Source: an uncultured Gemmatimonadaceae bacterium
GTDB taxonomy: Bacteria > Gemmatimonadota > Gemmatimonadetes > Gemmatimonadales > Gemmatimonadaceae
Assembly (NCBI GenBank): GCA_963843845.1
Contig: CAWJMB010000002.1
Span: forward strand, 2,432,001-2,496,000
Direction: 5' to 3'
Length of the DNA stretch: 64,000 nt
Below, piece by piece: positions 8,414 to 18,624 of this stretch. Position numbers and translations under genes: made by a program. The notes below the pieces were generated by a model. It worked only from the letters and a program-made list of their open reading frames with translations, ran no database searches and had not been told where the DNA came from. Each line of letters begins with the position of its first letter. The first letter of the stretch is position 1.

Positions 8414-10705
8414 TCACTTGAAGCGCATCCCGTTCGGGGCCACCGTGCCCGTGCGAGGCACGAACGCCGGCGGCGGCGCGGTCGCTCGCGCGTGCGGCGT
8501 CGGTCGGCTGGAGGGCGCCGCCTCCGGGTTCCGGGCGCGCGCGGCGTCTGGCGTGGTCTTCATCGACAGTGCGACACGGTTGCGCTCGAGGTCGACGCCG
8601 AGCACGGTCACGCGCACCTTCTGCCCGACGCGCACGACCCCGTTCGCGTCGCTCACGTAGCGGTCGGCGAGCTGCGAGACGTGGACGAGGCCGTCCTGAT
8701 GCACGCCGACGTCGACGAAGGCGCCGAACGCGACGACGTTCGTCACGACGCCGTCGAGCACCATGCCGACGACGAGATCCTTCGGCTCCTTCACGTCGTC
8801 GCGGAACGTCGGCAGCTCGAACGCATCGCGTGGGTCGCGCCCGGGCTTCTTCAGCTCGGCGAGGATGTCGCGCAGGGTCGGGAGGCCGACCGCCTGCCCC
8901 GAGCCCGTGGAGGGGTCCGCATCCACGTAGCGCGTCGGATCGATGCGATCGACGGCCGCCGCATTCCCGACGAGGTCACGGAGCGGCGTGCCCACGTCCG
9001 CCGCGATCCGCTCCACCAGCGCGTATCGCTCGGGGTGCACCGCCGACGCGTCGAGCGGGTGGGCGCCGCCGCGCACCCGCAGGAATCCCGCCGCCTGCTC
9101 GAACGCCTTCGCGCCGAGTCGCGGCACGTCGGCGAGCTCGCGGCGCGAGCGGAAGCCGCCGCGCGCGTCGCGCAGCCGCACGAGGTTCTGCGCCAGCGTC
9201 GGCCCGATCCCGGCCACGTAGGAGAGCAGTGCCGCCGAGGCGGTGTTCACCTCGACCCCGACGCGGTTCACGCAGCTCTCCACGACCTCGTCGAGGCGCC
9301 GCTTGAGCTGCGGCTGATTCACGTCGTGCTGGTACTGCCCGACCCCGATCGACTTCGGGTCGATCTTCACGAGCTCGGCGAGCGGGTCCTGCAGGCGGCG
9401 GGCGATCGACACGGCGCCCCGCAGCGACACGTCGAGGTCGGGGAGCTCCTCGCGCGCCGCGTCCGACGCGGAGTAGACCGAGGCGCCGCTCTCGTTGACG
9501 GAGACGAGGCGCGGTGCGTTCGGCAGGGTGCCTAACGCCCGTCGCACCAGCTCCTCCGTCTCGCGCGACGCGGTACCGTTCCCGATCGCGATCAGCTCGG
9601 CGCCGTGGCGCTCGACGGCACGCAGCAAGGCCGCGCTGAAGCGCTCGGGCTGGTGCAGATACCACGCGTCCGTGTCCAGCACCGCGCCGGTCCGCGACAC
9701 GACCGCCACCTTGACCCCCGTGCGGAACCCAGGGTCGAGGCCCACGACGACCAGCTCGCCGGCGGGCGACGCGAGCAGCAGCTGCTCCAGGTTGCGCCCG
9801 AAGATGCGGATCGCCTCCTCGTCGGCGCGCGCTTTCAGCTCCAGGCGCAGCTCCACGAGGAGCGACGGCGCGAGCAGCCGCTTGTACGCGTCCTGCGCGA
9901 CGAGCGCGAGTTGCGCGACGGCACGCCGCGCGCCGACCACGTGGCGTCGCATCGTGGCGGCGACGTCATCCGCCGGCGCGTCGATCGACCAGTGGAGATA
10001 GCCTTCGTCCTCGCCGCGGCGAATCGCGAGGACCCGGTGCGACGGGATGTCGCGGATCGGCTGCACGAAGTCGTAGTAGTCCTGAAACTTCGATACCTCC
10101 TCGCGCTTTCCCGGCATCGCACCGGCCCGGACGACGCCGCGCGCCCGCGTCAGGTCGCGCAGCTCGGACCGCAGCGTCGCGTCCTCCGCCGCGCGCTCGG
10201 CGAGGATGTCGCGGGCGCCCTGCAGCGCCGCGCCCGCGTCGGCGACCGCGCTCTCCGCGTCGACGAAGGTCAGCGCCGCCCGTTCGACGGCCGCGTCGTC
10301 AGCGTCGCCACTCGCGATCACCTCGGCGAGCGGCTCGAGGCCACGCTCGCGGGCGATCATCGCTCGCGTGCGGCGCTTCGGCTTGTACGGCAGGTAGAGG
10401 TCCTCGACCGCCTGCTTCGTCTCGGCGGCCTCGATTCGGGCGCGCAGCTCGTCCGTCAACTTCCCCTGCTCGGCGATCGACGCGAGGACGGCGGCGCATC
10501 GGGCCTCGAGATCGGCGAGATACTCCGCGCGATCGCGCACGTCGCGAAGCTGGACCTCGTCGAGGCCGCCGGTGGCCTCCTTGCGATAGCGGGCGATGAA
10601 CGGGAGGGTGTTGCCGTCCTCGAACAGCGCGAGCGTGGCGGCGACGGCGCGCGGCGCGAGCGCGAGCTCGGCGGCGACTTTCGTGACGAGGTGCGGCGAC
10701 AGCAT
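8414..10705 (-). CDS. tex: Tex/YhgF RNA-binding transcriptional accessory protein
   Basis: 'PFIARYRKEATGGLDE', 'EDLYLPYKPKRRT', 'GLDPGFRTG', 'IGVGQYQHDV', HhH motifs and C-terminal S1 domain. Confidence 0.95.
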   Translation of the reverse strand: MLSPHLVTKVAAELALAPRAVAATLALFEDGNTLPFIARYRKEATGGLDEVQLRDVRDRAEYLADLEARCAAVLASIAEQGKLTDELRARIEAAETKQAVEDLYLPYKPKRRTRAMIARERGLEPLAEVIASGDADDAAVERAALTFVDAESAVADAGAALQGARDILAERAAEDATLRSELRDLTRARGVVRAGAMPGKREEVSKFQDYYDFVQPIRDIPSHRVLAIRRGEDEGYLHWSIDAPADDVAATMRRHVVGARRAVAQLALVAQDAYKRLLAPSLLVELRLELKARADEEAIRIFGRNLEQLLLASPAGELVVVGLDPGFRTGVKVAVVSRTGAVLDTDAWYLHQPERFSAALLRAVERHGAELIAIGNGTASRETEELVRRALGTLPNAPRLVSVNESGASVYSASDAAREELPDLDVSLRGAVSIARRLQDPLAELVKIDPKSIGVGQYQHDVNQPQLKRRLDEVVESCVNRVGVEVNTASAALLSYVAGIGPTLAQNLVRLRDARGGFRSRRELADVPRLGAKAFEQAAGFLRVRGGAHPLDASAVHPERYALVERIAADVGTPLRDLVGNAAAVDRIDPTRYVDADPSTGSGQAVGLPTLRDILAELKKPGRDPRDAFELPTFRDDVKEPKDLVVGMVLDGVVTNVVAFGAFVDVGVHQDGLVHVSQLADRYVSDANGVVRVGQKVRVTVLGVDLERNRVALSMKTTPDAARARNPEAAPSSRPTPHARATAPPPAFVPRTGTVAPNGMRFK

Positions 10706-10861
10706 GTGAGGCGGGCGGCGGGACCCTTCGGCGAACCTGGGGCAGGTCGTCGGGGGCGGACAAGCTGCTCGTCGCGCGGCCTCGGAGCAACGGCTTGCGT
10801 CGCTCGCGCGGGCAGCCTACGCCGCGCGTGACATGCCGCCCGCTCCGCGCGTCCTGACGGC

Positions 10862-11344
10862 ATGCAGACGACGTTGCGCGACAGCGACACCGAGCGCGGA
10901 CTCGCGCTGGCAGCCCGAGGCGACTGGCACGCCGCGGCCACGGCGTTCGAGGCGGCGCTCGTCCGCGCTGAGCGAGGGAGCGACCTCGTCGTGCTGGCGG
11001 CGGCGCTCACGAACCTCGGCCAGGCGCGGGCCTATCTCGACGCGCTCCACGACGCAGCCGAGCTGCTCACGCGGTCGGTGGAGGCGCGGAACGCGCTGGT
11101 CGAACGCGCGGCGGCGCGGCCGGCGATCGCCGCGCGCGGCTACTGCGACCTCGCGGCCGTGCAGGCCGCGGCAGGCGACGGCGTCGCGGCGATCGCGACG
11201 CTGGAACGTGCACGCACGGCACTCGGCGCGCCCGAGCCGGGCAGCGCCGACGCCGCACTCGCGCAGGACATCGAAGCCGGGCTGGCGTCTACTCGTCGCG
11301 GGCGTGGACCTGCGCCGGCGGCGACGTCGCTTCCACCGCGGTGA
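10862..11344 (+). CDS. Small TPR-repeat protein
   Basis: 160 aa, TPR-like helices ('ALTNLGQARAYLD'); 3' end overlaps the convergent cupin gene by 56 nt. Confidence 0.6.
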   Translation: MQTTLRDSDTERGLALAARGDWHAAATAFEAALVRAERGSDLVVLAAALTNLGQARAYLDALHDAAELLTRSVEARNALVERAAARPAIAARGYCDLAAVQAAAGDGVAAIATLERARTALGAPEPGSADAALAQDIEAGLASTRRGRGPAPAATSLPPR

Positions 11345-11627
11345 ACGTCTCGAGAATCCGGTAGCTGTGACTCGCCCCTTCGGGGACGGTCCACGAGTCG
11401 CCGGGATTCAGCAGCACCATCTGCCCCTCGAGATGCAGTTCGGCGCGCCCGCTCACCACGTAGCCGACCGTCTCGTACGGACGCGTGTCGGCGGGCTTCG
11501 CGTCGGCCGGTTGCTCGTTCTCCCAGAGGCGCATCGCGACGCGCTTGCCGGACGCGAGGTACTTCTGCCCCATCGCGCCGACCGGCGACGCGCTCGAATC
11601 GATCTTCGTGACCGTGGTGTCTGCCAT
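11289..11627 (-). CDS. Cupin-domain protein
   Basis: Start MADTTVTK after a GAGGGGGAG RBS; 'YETVGYVVSGRAELHLEGQ..LNPGDSWTVPEGASHSY'. Confidence 0.85.
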   Translation of the reverse strand: MADTTVTKIDSSASPVGAMGQKYLASGKRVAMRLWENEQPADAKPADTRPYETVGYVVSGRAELHLEGQMVLLNPGDSWTVPEGASHSYRILETFTAVEATSPPAQVHARDE

Positions 11628-11691
11628 CGTCTCCCCCTCAAGCGGTGAGCCGGGAGACGTTTCACGGATCGTGCCTAACGGCCGTCGCCGC

Positions 11692-11913
11692 TCAATTCTT
11701 GTGGCGGAACGTGATGCGGCCACGCGTGAGGTCGTAGGGCGAGACCTCGAGCGTCACGCGATCGCCCTGAAGGACGCGGATGCGGAACCGGCGCATGTTG
11801 CCGGCCAGCGTCGAGAGCACCTCGTGACCGCTCTTCGTCACGACGCGGAACGTCGCGTTCGGGAGAACTTCGCTCACGGTGCCTTCGAGCTCGATCGCGT
11901 CTTGCTTCGCCAT
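11692..11913 (-). CDS. infA: Translation initiation factor IF-1
   Basis: [24 protein letters not shown]...[21 protein letters not shown], 73 aa. Confidence 0.97.
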   Translation of the reverse strand: MAKQDAIELEGTVSEVLPNATFRVVTKSGHEVLSTLAGNMRRFRIRVLQGDRVTLEVSPYDLTRGRITFRHKN

Positions 11914-12026
11914 ACAGGAGTAGTAGAGTGCGGGACAAATCGGGGCCTGCGCTGCCGCGGCGCGGCGGGCGCAACACTCCAAGATATACCATCTCGGAAA
12001 GCCAAGCCAGCCATGCAGTTGCGGAC

Positions 12027-12413
12027 ATGACTCCCCTCCCCTACGGCCCACACACCGCCGCTGTCCGCCGCTTCCTGCAACGCGTGGCGGCGCTCGACGC
12101 CGCGGCGTGGGGGCGGGTGGCGGCAGACTTCGAGCGGATCGAGCGGACGGCGCCCTACGCGTCGGCCGACCGCGCGCTGGAGTCGGCCGTGCAGCGTGCC
12201 GATCGCACGGCCGCGCGCGACGCGGTGGTGGGACCGATCGTCGCGCTCACGCGACCTGCCGACGGGAACGAGCCGCATCCGGTCGCGGCCGCCGTGCTCG
12301 CGGCGGCGCTGGCGCTCGTCGTGCGCGACGTGCTCGATCCCGGGGCGTTCGGGACGCTCTACGGCGCGTTCGCCGGCGTCATCCCCGTCGGCGCGCTCGA
12401 CGACGCGCGGTGA
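12027..12413 (+). CDS. Hypothetical Ala-rich helical protein
   Basis: 128 aa from [10 protein letters not shown]; typical high-GC coding pattern, fills the intergenic gap. Confidence 0.6.
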   Translation: MTPLPYGPHTAAVRRFLQRVAALDAAAWGRVAADFERIERTAPYASADRALESAVQRADRTAARDAVVGPIVALTRPADGNEPHPVAAAVLAAALALVVRDVLDPGAFGTLYGAFAGVIPVGALDDAR

Positions 12414-12416
12414 CGG

Positions 12417-13807
12417 TCAGTAATAGTAGCCGAAGATGATGTCCATCTCGTCGTCGCTCGTCAGCCCGAACTTGATGGTCCGGTTCGTCGTGTTGTTGAA
12501 CGTCACCTCGGAGACGAGCGCGTCGCCCTTCTTCAGCACGAGCGGCGTCGGCAGCGTGAGGAGCGTCGGGTGCTCCCAGTCGGTGTTCTCGTAGACGACC
12601 TGACCGTCGTGCGCTCCCCCCTTGACGCGGATGACGAACTTCTCGCCGCGCGCGTGCATGTGCGACGTGAGCGCGATGATCGTCATCGTCGACTCGCTCA
12701 CCGGGAACGTCTTCGTGACGACGGTACGCTTCCCGGCCGGGAGCGTGAGGTCGGTGTTGTTCAGGTTCAGTGTGCTCGCCACCGTCGTGACCTGACTCCG
12801 GTCGACGGTGTGCAGATTCATGGAGCCCTCGCCCGGGAACTCGGCGCCCGTCCGGTTCACGTAGTGCGCGTTCAGGTCGAGCCCCATCCCGGCGGGGAGC
12901 CGGAGCGCGATGCCGTCCGGGAAGCGGTAGTCGCTCGTCTGCGTCATCGCGCCGCCGATGAATACGTGGCACGCCATCGGGAGCATCGCGATCAGGTTCA
13001 TCGACCCGTCGCTGTTCCGGATGTCGCGTACGTCGCCCTCGCCGGGGCGCAGCGCGCAGAAGACCGCCCGCGAGTCGTCGAACGCGTACGCGAGGAAGTG
13101 GTGGCTTCCGGGCCGCATCTTCGTCTCGATGCGGTTGACGTAGATGTCCGCTGCGTTGCCCAGCTTGCGATAGACGAACACCTCCCGCTCGAACGTGCCA
13201 CGCACGCCGAAGCTGTCCACCCGCACCTGGATTCCGTTCGCCGGCTTCGCGAGCGGGGTGAAGGCGGGGACCTTCTGCGCGACGCGGCTGAGGAGGAGCG
13301 TCGTGTCGATGTTGTCGCCCGTACGCGGCGCGCCCGCCTCGATCCAGCGGCGTACGTACTCGAGCTGCCCTTCGCTGATGCCAGCCGTCGACCCCGACGG
13401 CATCGGCAGCCCATAGTCGCGTGAGTGGTGCCCGGGCGTCCAGGCCAGCTTGTGGTACATCAGACTGCTGTCCGACTTGAACGCCATGACGCGCGTCACC
13501 CCATCGGCTCTCGCGACCGCCTGGGTCGACCGGACCCCGACGAGATTGTCGTACGCGACGGCCGGCTCGAGGCTGAGCCCCGACTGCGTCACCGACGACT
13601 GCGTGCCGCTGTGACAGCTCACGCACTGCGTCGCGAAGATCGTGCTCTGGATGCGCGCGAAACTCGTCTGCGTCGCCGTCGGCGTCGTCGGGGCGGCAGG
13701 GCTCGGCGGTGCGGCGTCGCCCCCCCGCTCCCGGCACCGCACGCGCCGAGGAAGGCGATGGCACCGAGGTCACGGCGGCGGAAGCGGAGGGAGATCACGG
13801 GGGGCAC
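12417..13807 (-). CDS. Lipoprotein with N-terminal cytochrome c (CxxCH) fused to a copper type II (PHM/DBH-like) monooxygenase; frameshift in a G7 run near 13720-13726
   Basis: Lipobox 'AFLGAC' in frame 13619..13807 joins the 441-aa frame if one G is added; CVSCH; CuH 'SHHF'...'AHY'; CuM 'SHMH'...'DEM'. Confidence 0.75.
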
Positions 13808-13907
13808 GGAGCGGGGAGGGCGCGGCGCGTCGAGGGCGCTCGACCGGCAGCACCGTACGATTCACCTCGCGGGCAGCTTCGGCAACGTGCGCGCGGCCGC
13901 CGGGGCG

Positions 13908-14315
13908 CTAAGAGTCGTTCGCGCCGGCAGGTGACGCGTCGAGCACGAAGCGCGGAATGACCGCCTCGAAGTGCGAGCCGTCACCGCGAACGAAGCGGTA
14001 CGCACCCTCCATGTAGCCGCTCGGCGACTTCAGGACGCAGAAGCTGCGGTACTCGTGCACGCGTCCGGGGGCGACCACCGGCTGCTCGCCGACGACGCCG
14101 TCTCCCTCGACGGGAGTCTCCTCGCCGGTGTCGTCATGGATGAGCCAGCGGCGGCTCATGAGCTGCGCCGTGCGCTCACCGACGTTCTCGACGCGAACGT
14201 GGTACACGAACACGTACTGACCCTCCGCGGGTCGCGACTGCTCGCGCAGGTACGACGGCCGGACGGTGACGCGGATCCCGTCCGTCTCGCGGTAGTAGAA
14301 CGGCCGACTCGACAT
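13908..14315 (-). CDS. apaG: ApaG protein
   Basis: 'YVFVYHVRVEN', 'QLMSRRWLI', 'VEGDGVVGEQP', 'GYMEGAY'. Confidence 0.95.
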   Translation of the reverse strand: MSSRPFYYRETDGIRVTVRPSYLREQSRPAEGQYVFVYHVRVENVGERTAQLMSRRWLIHDDTGEETPVEGDGVVGEQPVVAPGRVHEYRSFCVLKSPSGYMEGAYRFVRGDGSHFEAVIPRFVLDASPAGANDS

Positions 14316-14331
14316 CTGGGGCCTGCCGCGA

Positions 14332-15966
14332 TCAGCGGAGCGACGGGCCGGGCGACCCGCTCGCCGGCCGCGCGCGTGTCACCGTCGTCGGCGCGCTCTC
14401 GCGCCCCGCACGGTCGATCGCCGTCACGTGCACGGCGTCGGGTGCGCCGCGCGTCGCCGGCGGTCGGAGGGTGACCGAGCGCCTGACGGCCGGCACGACA
14501 TCCGTCGTCCACGTCGCGTCGTAGCGCGCCTGCACGACCCACAGCCACGGGGCATCGCCACCGGCACCGGCCGCGAGCTCGACGACCGAGGGCGGGCCGG
14601 CGCGGTAGGCGACGTGAGGCGCGGCCGGTGCGCGACCGGGGAGCCACGGCATCGCCGGGACGAGTGCGGGCTCGGCGTACACGCCCGCGGCGAGGGAGTC
14701 GCCGACGCCGGCGACGTTGCGCAGCAGCGCCTTCATGCTGAAGTGGACGTTGCCCGTCGAGCCAGGCTGCGCGCGCGTGAGCCGGATCTGGGAGTCGATC
14801 TCGGCCACGGTCCAGCTGTCCGCCGCCCCGGTGATCCGCGACAGATAGTTGCCGATCCACAGCTGCCGACCACGCGTGTTCGCCTGCACCCACCAGTCGA
14901 GCAGCCGCGGGTAGCTCTGCTGCGTCGCCGAGATCTTCCAGTAGAGCTGTGGCGTGAAGTAGTCGGCCCACCCTTCCTGCAGCCACCGCTTCGAGTCGGC
15001 GTTGAGCTGCTTGTACGCGTCGAAGCAGCAGATGCCCGCGGGCTCGCCCGGCCGCCAGATGCCGAACGGGCTGATGCCGACCTTGACGCCCGGCCGCTCG
15101 CGCTTCGCCGTCTCGTACATCGCTCTGACGAATCGGTCGACGTTGTCGCGGCGCCACGCGTCGCGGTCGAGGGTTCCGCCCCCGGCGCGGTAGCGCGCGT
15201 AGCTCGTGCTGTCCGGAAACTCGACCTTGACCCCTTTCGCGTCGTTGACCGGATACGGGTAGAAGTAGTCGTCGATGTGGATGCCGTCGATGTCGTAGCG
15301 CCGGACGATGTCGGCGATCACGCGCAGCGACCACGCCATCGTCTCGGGCTCGCCCGGGTCGAGCCAGAGCTGCTTCGCGTATTCGCGCACGATCGCGGGA
15401 CGCACGCGGCTCACGTGGTCGGCCGGCGGCGGCGACTTCGCGCCGGCGGCGCGCGCGCGGTACGGATTGATCCACGCGTGCAGCTCGATTCCGCGCGCGT
15501 GCGCCTCACGAACGGCGAAGGCGAGCGGATCCCACCGCGGCGAGGGCGCGCGCCCCGACACGCCCGTCAGATACTCGGCCCACGGTTCGAGCGACGACTC
15601 GTACAGCGCGTCGGTCGAGGGTCGCACCTGCAGCACGACCGCGTTGAGACGCAGCGCCGCCGATCTGTCGAGAATCTCGAGCAGCTCCTTCTGCTGATCG
15701 GCGGTCGACAGGCCGGGCTTCGACGGCCAGTCGATGTTGCCGACCGTCGCGACCCACACCCCGCGGAACTCTCGGCGCACGGTCGGCGGCTCGGCGATCG
15801 CGGCGGCTTCCGGCGGGCTGGGCGCAGGCGTCGGCGGCGGGGGCGCCGAACGGAGCGGCGGCTGGCACGCCACGACGGCGAGCAGGGCGAACGGGCGCAG
15901 CGCGAACGGGCGCAGCGCGAACGGGCGACTCGCGAACGGACGCGCCATGAGAGAGCGTAACGACAT
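14332..15966 (-). CDS. Glycoside hydrolase GHL10 family lipoprotein (YngK/YddW-DigH-like)
   Basis: 'REFRGVWVATVGNIDWPS', 'ELHAWINPYR', 'YDIDGIHIDDYFYPYP', 'GISPFGIW', 'PQLYW'; lipobox LAVVAC. Confidence 0.9.
   Translation of the reverse strand: MSLRSLMARPFASRPFALRPFALRPFALLAVVACQPPLRSAPPPPTPAPSPPEAAAIAEPPTVRREFRGVWVATVGNIDWPSKPGLSTADQQKELLEILDRSAALRLNAVVLQVRPSTDALYESSLEPWAEYLTGVSGRAPSPRWDPLAFAVREAHARGIELHAWINPYRARAAGAKSPPPADHVSRVRPAIVREYAKQLWLDPGEPETMAWSLRVIADIVRRYDIDGIHIDDYFYPYPVNDAKGVKVEFPDSTSYARYRAGGGTLDRDAWRRDNVDRFVRAMYETAKRERPGVKVGISPFGIWRPGEPAGICCFDAYKQLNADSKRWLQEGWADYFTPQLYWKISATQQSYPRLLDWWVQANTRGRQLWIGNYLSRITGAADSWTVAEIDSQIRLTRAQPGSTGNVHFSMKALLRNVAGVGDSLAAGVYAEPALVPAMPWLPGRAPAAPHVAYRAGPPSVVELAAGAGGDAPWLWVVQARYDATWTTDVVPAVRRSVTLRPPATRGAPDAVHVTAIDRAGRESAPTTVTRARPASGSPGPSLR
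15883..15942 (-). repeat. 4 x 15-bp tandem repeat encoding RPFAS/RPFAL in the signal peptide
   Basis: Units cagggcgaacgggcg, cagcgcgaacgggcg x2, actcgcgaacggacg. Confidence 0.85.
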
Positions 15967-15996
15967 GTGGCCGAAGATAACGCGCGTGACCGACCG

Positions 15997-17373
15997 TCAG
16001 GCGAATGCCGCGAGGAGCTGCGCTGCCGCGCGGAACCCGCTACGCATCGCGCCATGCACCGTCCCCCAGTGGCCGTCGTCGACGGTGTGCTCTCCGGCGA
16101 AGAACAGCACGCGGTCGAGCGGCGTGGCGAGCTGCGCGGGCGCGTCCGCGCCGCCGACGCGCACGAACGAGTAGGCGCCCAGGGCGAACGGATCGGCGCT
16201 CCAATCGTGCTGATGCGCGGAGACGAGCTCGTCGCGCACCGCGCGCTCGGCGATCCCGAACGTGTCGGCGAGCGACGCGACCGCGATGTCGACACGGCGG
16301 TCGGTCGATTCGGCCAGGAGTGCACGCGCCCGGCCGCCGCCGCTCCACGCGACGAGCAGCGGCGTCCGCAGCGCGCGCTGCGTCCACCACACCGGGATGG
16401 GAGCGCCCGGCGCGTAGAAGAAGCCGAGCGTGGTCGGGTCGTAGCCGTGCGGCACGGCCGGAACGCCACGTTCCCAGAAGCGCGACCGGAACCGCAGCAC
16501 GATGCGCACGACGTGGCCCATCTCGATGTCACCGATCGCCGTCCGTTTCGCGTCGAGCGGAGGATCGAAGGCGACGAGGCGATCGGCGGACGTCTCGAGA
16601 CTCGCGGCGAGCAGCGAGATCGGGATCGCGACGACACACGCGCGCGCCTCGACCGTCATCGGGTCGCCCTCGGGCGTCGTCGCGTCGACGTGGGCGCCCG
16701 CTGTGCTCCATCGCACGCGCCGCACGACCGCTCGCAACCGCACGTCGAGCGGCGCGCCGGCACCGGTCGCGAGCCACTCGCCGACGCGCGCGTAGCCGTC
16801 GACGAGGCGGAACGCCGGCTCATCGGCGGAGGCGGACGCTTCGGCGCGGGCGAGCGCGCGGACGCTCGCTCGTTCGCTCACCGCCGCGTGAAAGCCCTCG
16901 ACGTAGCTCCGCGACTCGGCGCGCGCCCGCGCCCACCGCGGAGCGCCGAAGCGCTCGTCAAGCAGCGCCGCGAACGACTGGTCGGGACGCGCCGGGTCGC
17001 GCGCCCAGTCGTCGAGCGCACCGAGGACGCTCTGCATCGCGTCGTCGCGCTCGACGCCGGCGGTGGGCGCCTGGTCGTCACTCGATTCCGGCGGGGACGA
17101 CGCGCCGGCGAGCGCCACCTGTTCGTCCGCCGCGTCGACCGCGACGAGTGGTGCGCGCTCGATGACGTCCCACAGCTCGCGCGGCGTTCCATGCACGAAC
17201 TCGGGGCCGAGCTCGATCGGGGTGGCGAGTCCCGGCGCGCGGTGCGTCAGGATGCGCCCGCCGATCCGGTCACGCGCCTCGAGGACGACGACGCGCCGCC
17301 CCGCGTCCGTGAGCTGCCGCGCGGCGGCGAGCCCCGCCGCGCCGGCCCCGATGACGACGACGTCGTATCGCAC
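15997..17373 (-). CDS. Flavin monoamine oxidase / amino-acid oxidase family protein
   Basis: '[22 protein letters not shown]', '[13 protein letters not shown]', '[17 protein letters not shown]'. Confidence 0.9.
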   Translation of the reverse strand: MRYDVVVIGAGAAGLAAARQLTDAGRRVVVLEARDRIGGRILTHRAPGLATPIELGPEFVHGTPRELWDVIERAPLVAVDAADEQVALAGASSPPESSDDQAPTAGVERDDAMQSVLGALDDWARDPARPDQSFAALLDERFGAPRWARARAESRSYVEGFHAAVSERASVRALARAEASASADEPAFRLVDGYARVGEWLATGAGAPLDVRLRAVVRRVRWSTAGAHVDATTPEGDPMTVEARACVVAIPISLLAASLETSADRLVAFDPPLDAKRTAIGDIEMGHVVRIVLRFRSRFWERGVPAVPHGYDPTTLGFFYAPGAPIPVWWTQRALRTPLLVAWSGGGRARALLAESTDRRVDIAVASLADTFGIAERAVRDELVSAHQHDWSADPFALGAYSFVRVGGADAPAQLATPLDRVLFFAGEHTVDDGHWGTVHGAMRSGFRAAAQLLAAFA

Positions 17374-17420
17374 GAACCGTCAGCGGGACGTTCGAACGTC
17401 AGAGAGCCGTTCGGCGCACG

Positions 17421-18614
17421 TCACACCGGTGCGGGCGAGCCAGGCGACAGGCTCGCCAGAACGCGCCCGGCCCGCTGTGCCGCGTCGGCCAGTCGCGCCG
17501 GCGGGACGATGAACGAGATGCGGAAGTACCCTTCGCCGCCGGGCCCGAAGCTCGAGCCGGGCATGACGATGACGCCCTCGTCGTCCGCGAGTCGATCGGC
17601 GAAGTCGCGGCTCGCGACGCCGTCCGGAAGCGCGACCCAGAGATACATCGTCGCCTTCGGCGACTCGCAGGCGAAGCCGGCGTCGCGGAAGGCGGCGACC
17701 GCGGCGTCGCGCCGTTCCTGGAACACGGCGACGTTCGCCGGCGCGAAGTGCGCCCAACTGTCGAGCGCGGCGGCACCCGCTTTCTGGATCGCCATGAACG
17801 CGCCCGTGTCGACGAAGCTCTTCACCTTGCTGAGCGCGCCGATCAGCGTCGCGTTGCCGGCGGCCCACCCCTGCCGCCACCCCGTCATGTTGTAGGTCTT
17901 CGACAACGAGTGGAACTCGACCGCGACCTCGCGCGCGCCGTCGATCTCGAAGATGCTCGGTGGCACGTAGCCATCGAACGCGAGCTCCGAGTAGGCGTTG
18001 TCGTAGACGAGGATGATGTCGTTGTCGCGGCAGCGCCGCACGACGTCCGCGAGGTAGTCGCGCGGCGCGACCGCGGCGGTCGGATTGTTCGGGTAGTTCA
18101 GGTACAGCACCTTCGTGCGCCGCAGCACGTCGTGCGGTACGTCGTCGAGGTCGACGAGGAAGTTCGTGCGCGGGCGCAGGGCGTAGGGGTACGGCGTGGC
18201 GTCGCTCAGCAGGGTGCCGCCGGCGTACACGAGGTAGCCGGGCTCCGGCACGATCGCGACGTCACCCTTCTCGAGGTACGCCATCGCGATGTGCGCGATC
18301 CCCTCCTTCGACCCGATGAGCGGGGTGATCTCCGTCATCGGATCGAAGGCGAGCCCGAAGCGTCGTTGCATCCACGCGCTCACCGCCTCGCGGTAGGGCA
18401 CGTGGCCGAGCCCGAAGCCGTAGCGGTGGAGTGCGGGCTCGTCCATCGCCGCTCTCAACGCGTCGATCGCTGCCGCGGGCGCCGGGAGATCCGCGTCGCC
18501 GGCGCCGAGGTCGATGACGTCCACACCGCGGGCGAGCAGCTCTCGCTTCTTCGCCGGAATGTGCGCGAGCGGGTACGGCGGCAGCGACTGGAAGCGCCGG
18601 GATGGTCGTGGCAT
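17421..18614 (-). CDS. PLP aminotransferase class I/II (LL-diaminopimelate aminotransferase-like)
   Basis: 'LIGSKEGIAH', 'LNYPNNPT', 'DNAYSEL', 'EFHSLSKTYNMTGWR', 'GEGYFRIS'. Confidence 0.85.
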   Translation of the reverse strand: MPRPSRRFQSLPPYPLAHIPAKKRELLARGVDVIDLGAGDADLPAPAAAIDALRAAMDEPALHRYGFGLGHVPYREAVSAWMQRRFGLAFDPMTEITPLIGSKEGIAHIAMAYLEKGDVAIVPEPGYLVYAGGTLLSDATPYPYALRPRTNFLVDLDDVPHDVLRRTKVLYLNYPNNPTAAVAPRDYLADVVRRCRDNDIILVYDNAYSELAFDGYVPPSIFEIDGAREVAVEFHSLSKTYNMTGWRQGWAAGNATLIGALSKVKSFVDTGAFMAIQKAGAAALDSWAHFAPANVAVFQERRDAAVAAFRDAGFACESPKATMYLWVALPDGVASRDFADRLADDEGVIVMPGSSFGPGGEGYFRISFIVPPARLADAAQRAGRVLASLSPGSPAPV

Positions 18615-18624
18615 CAGGCCGTCG

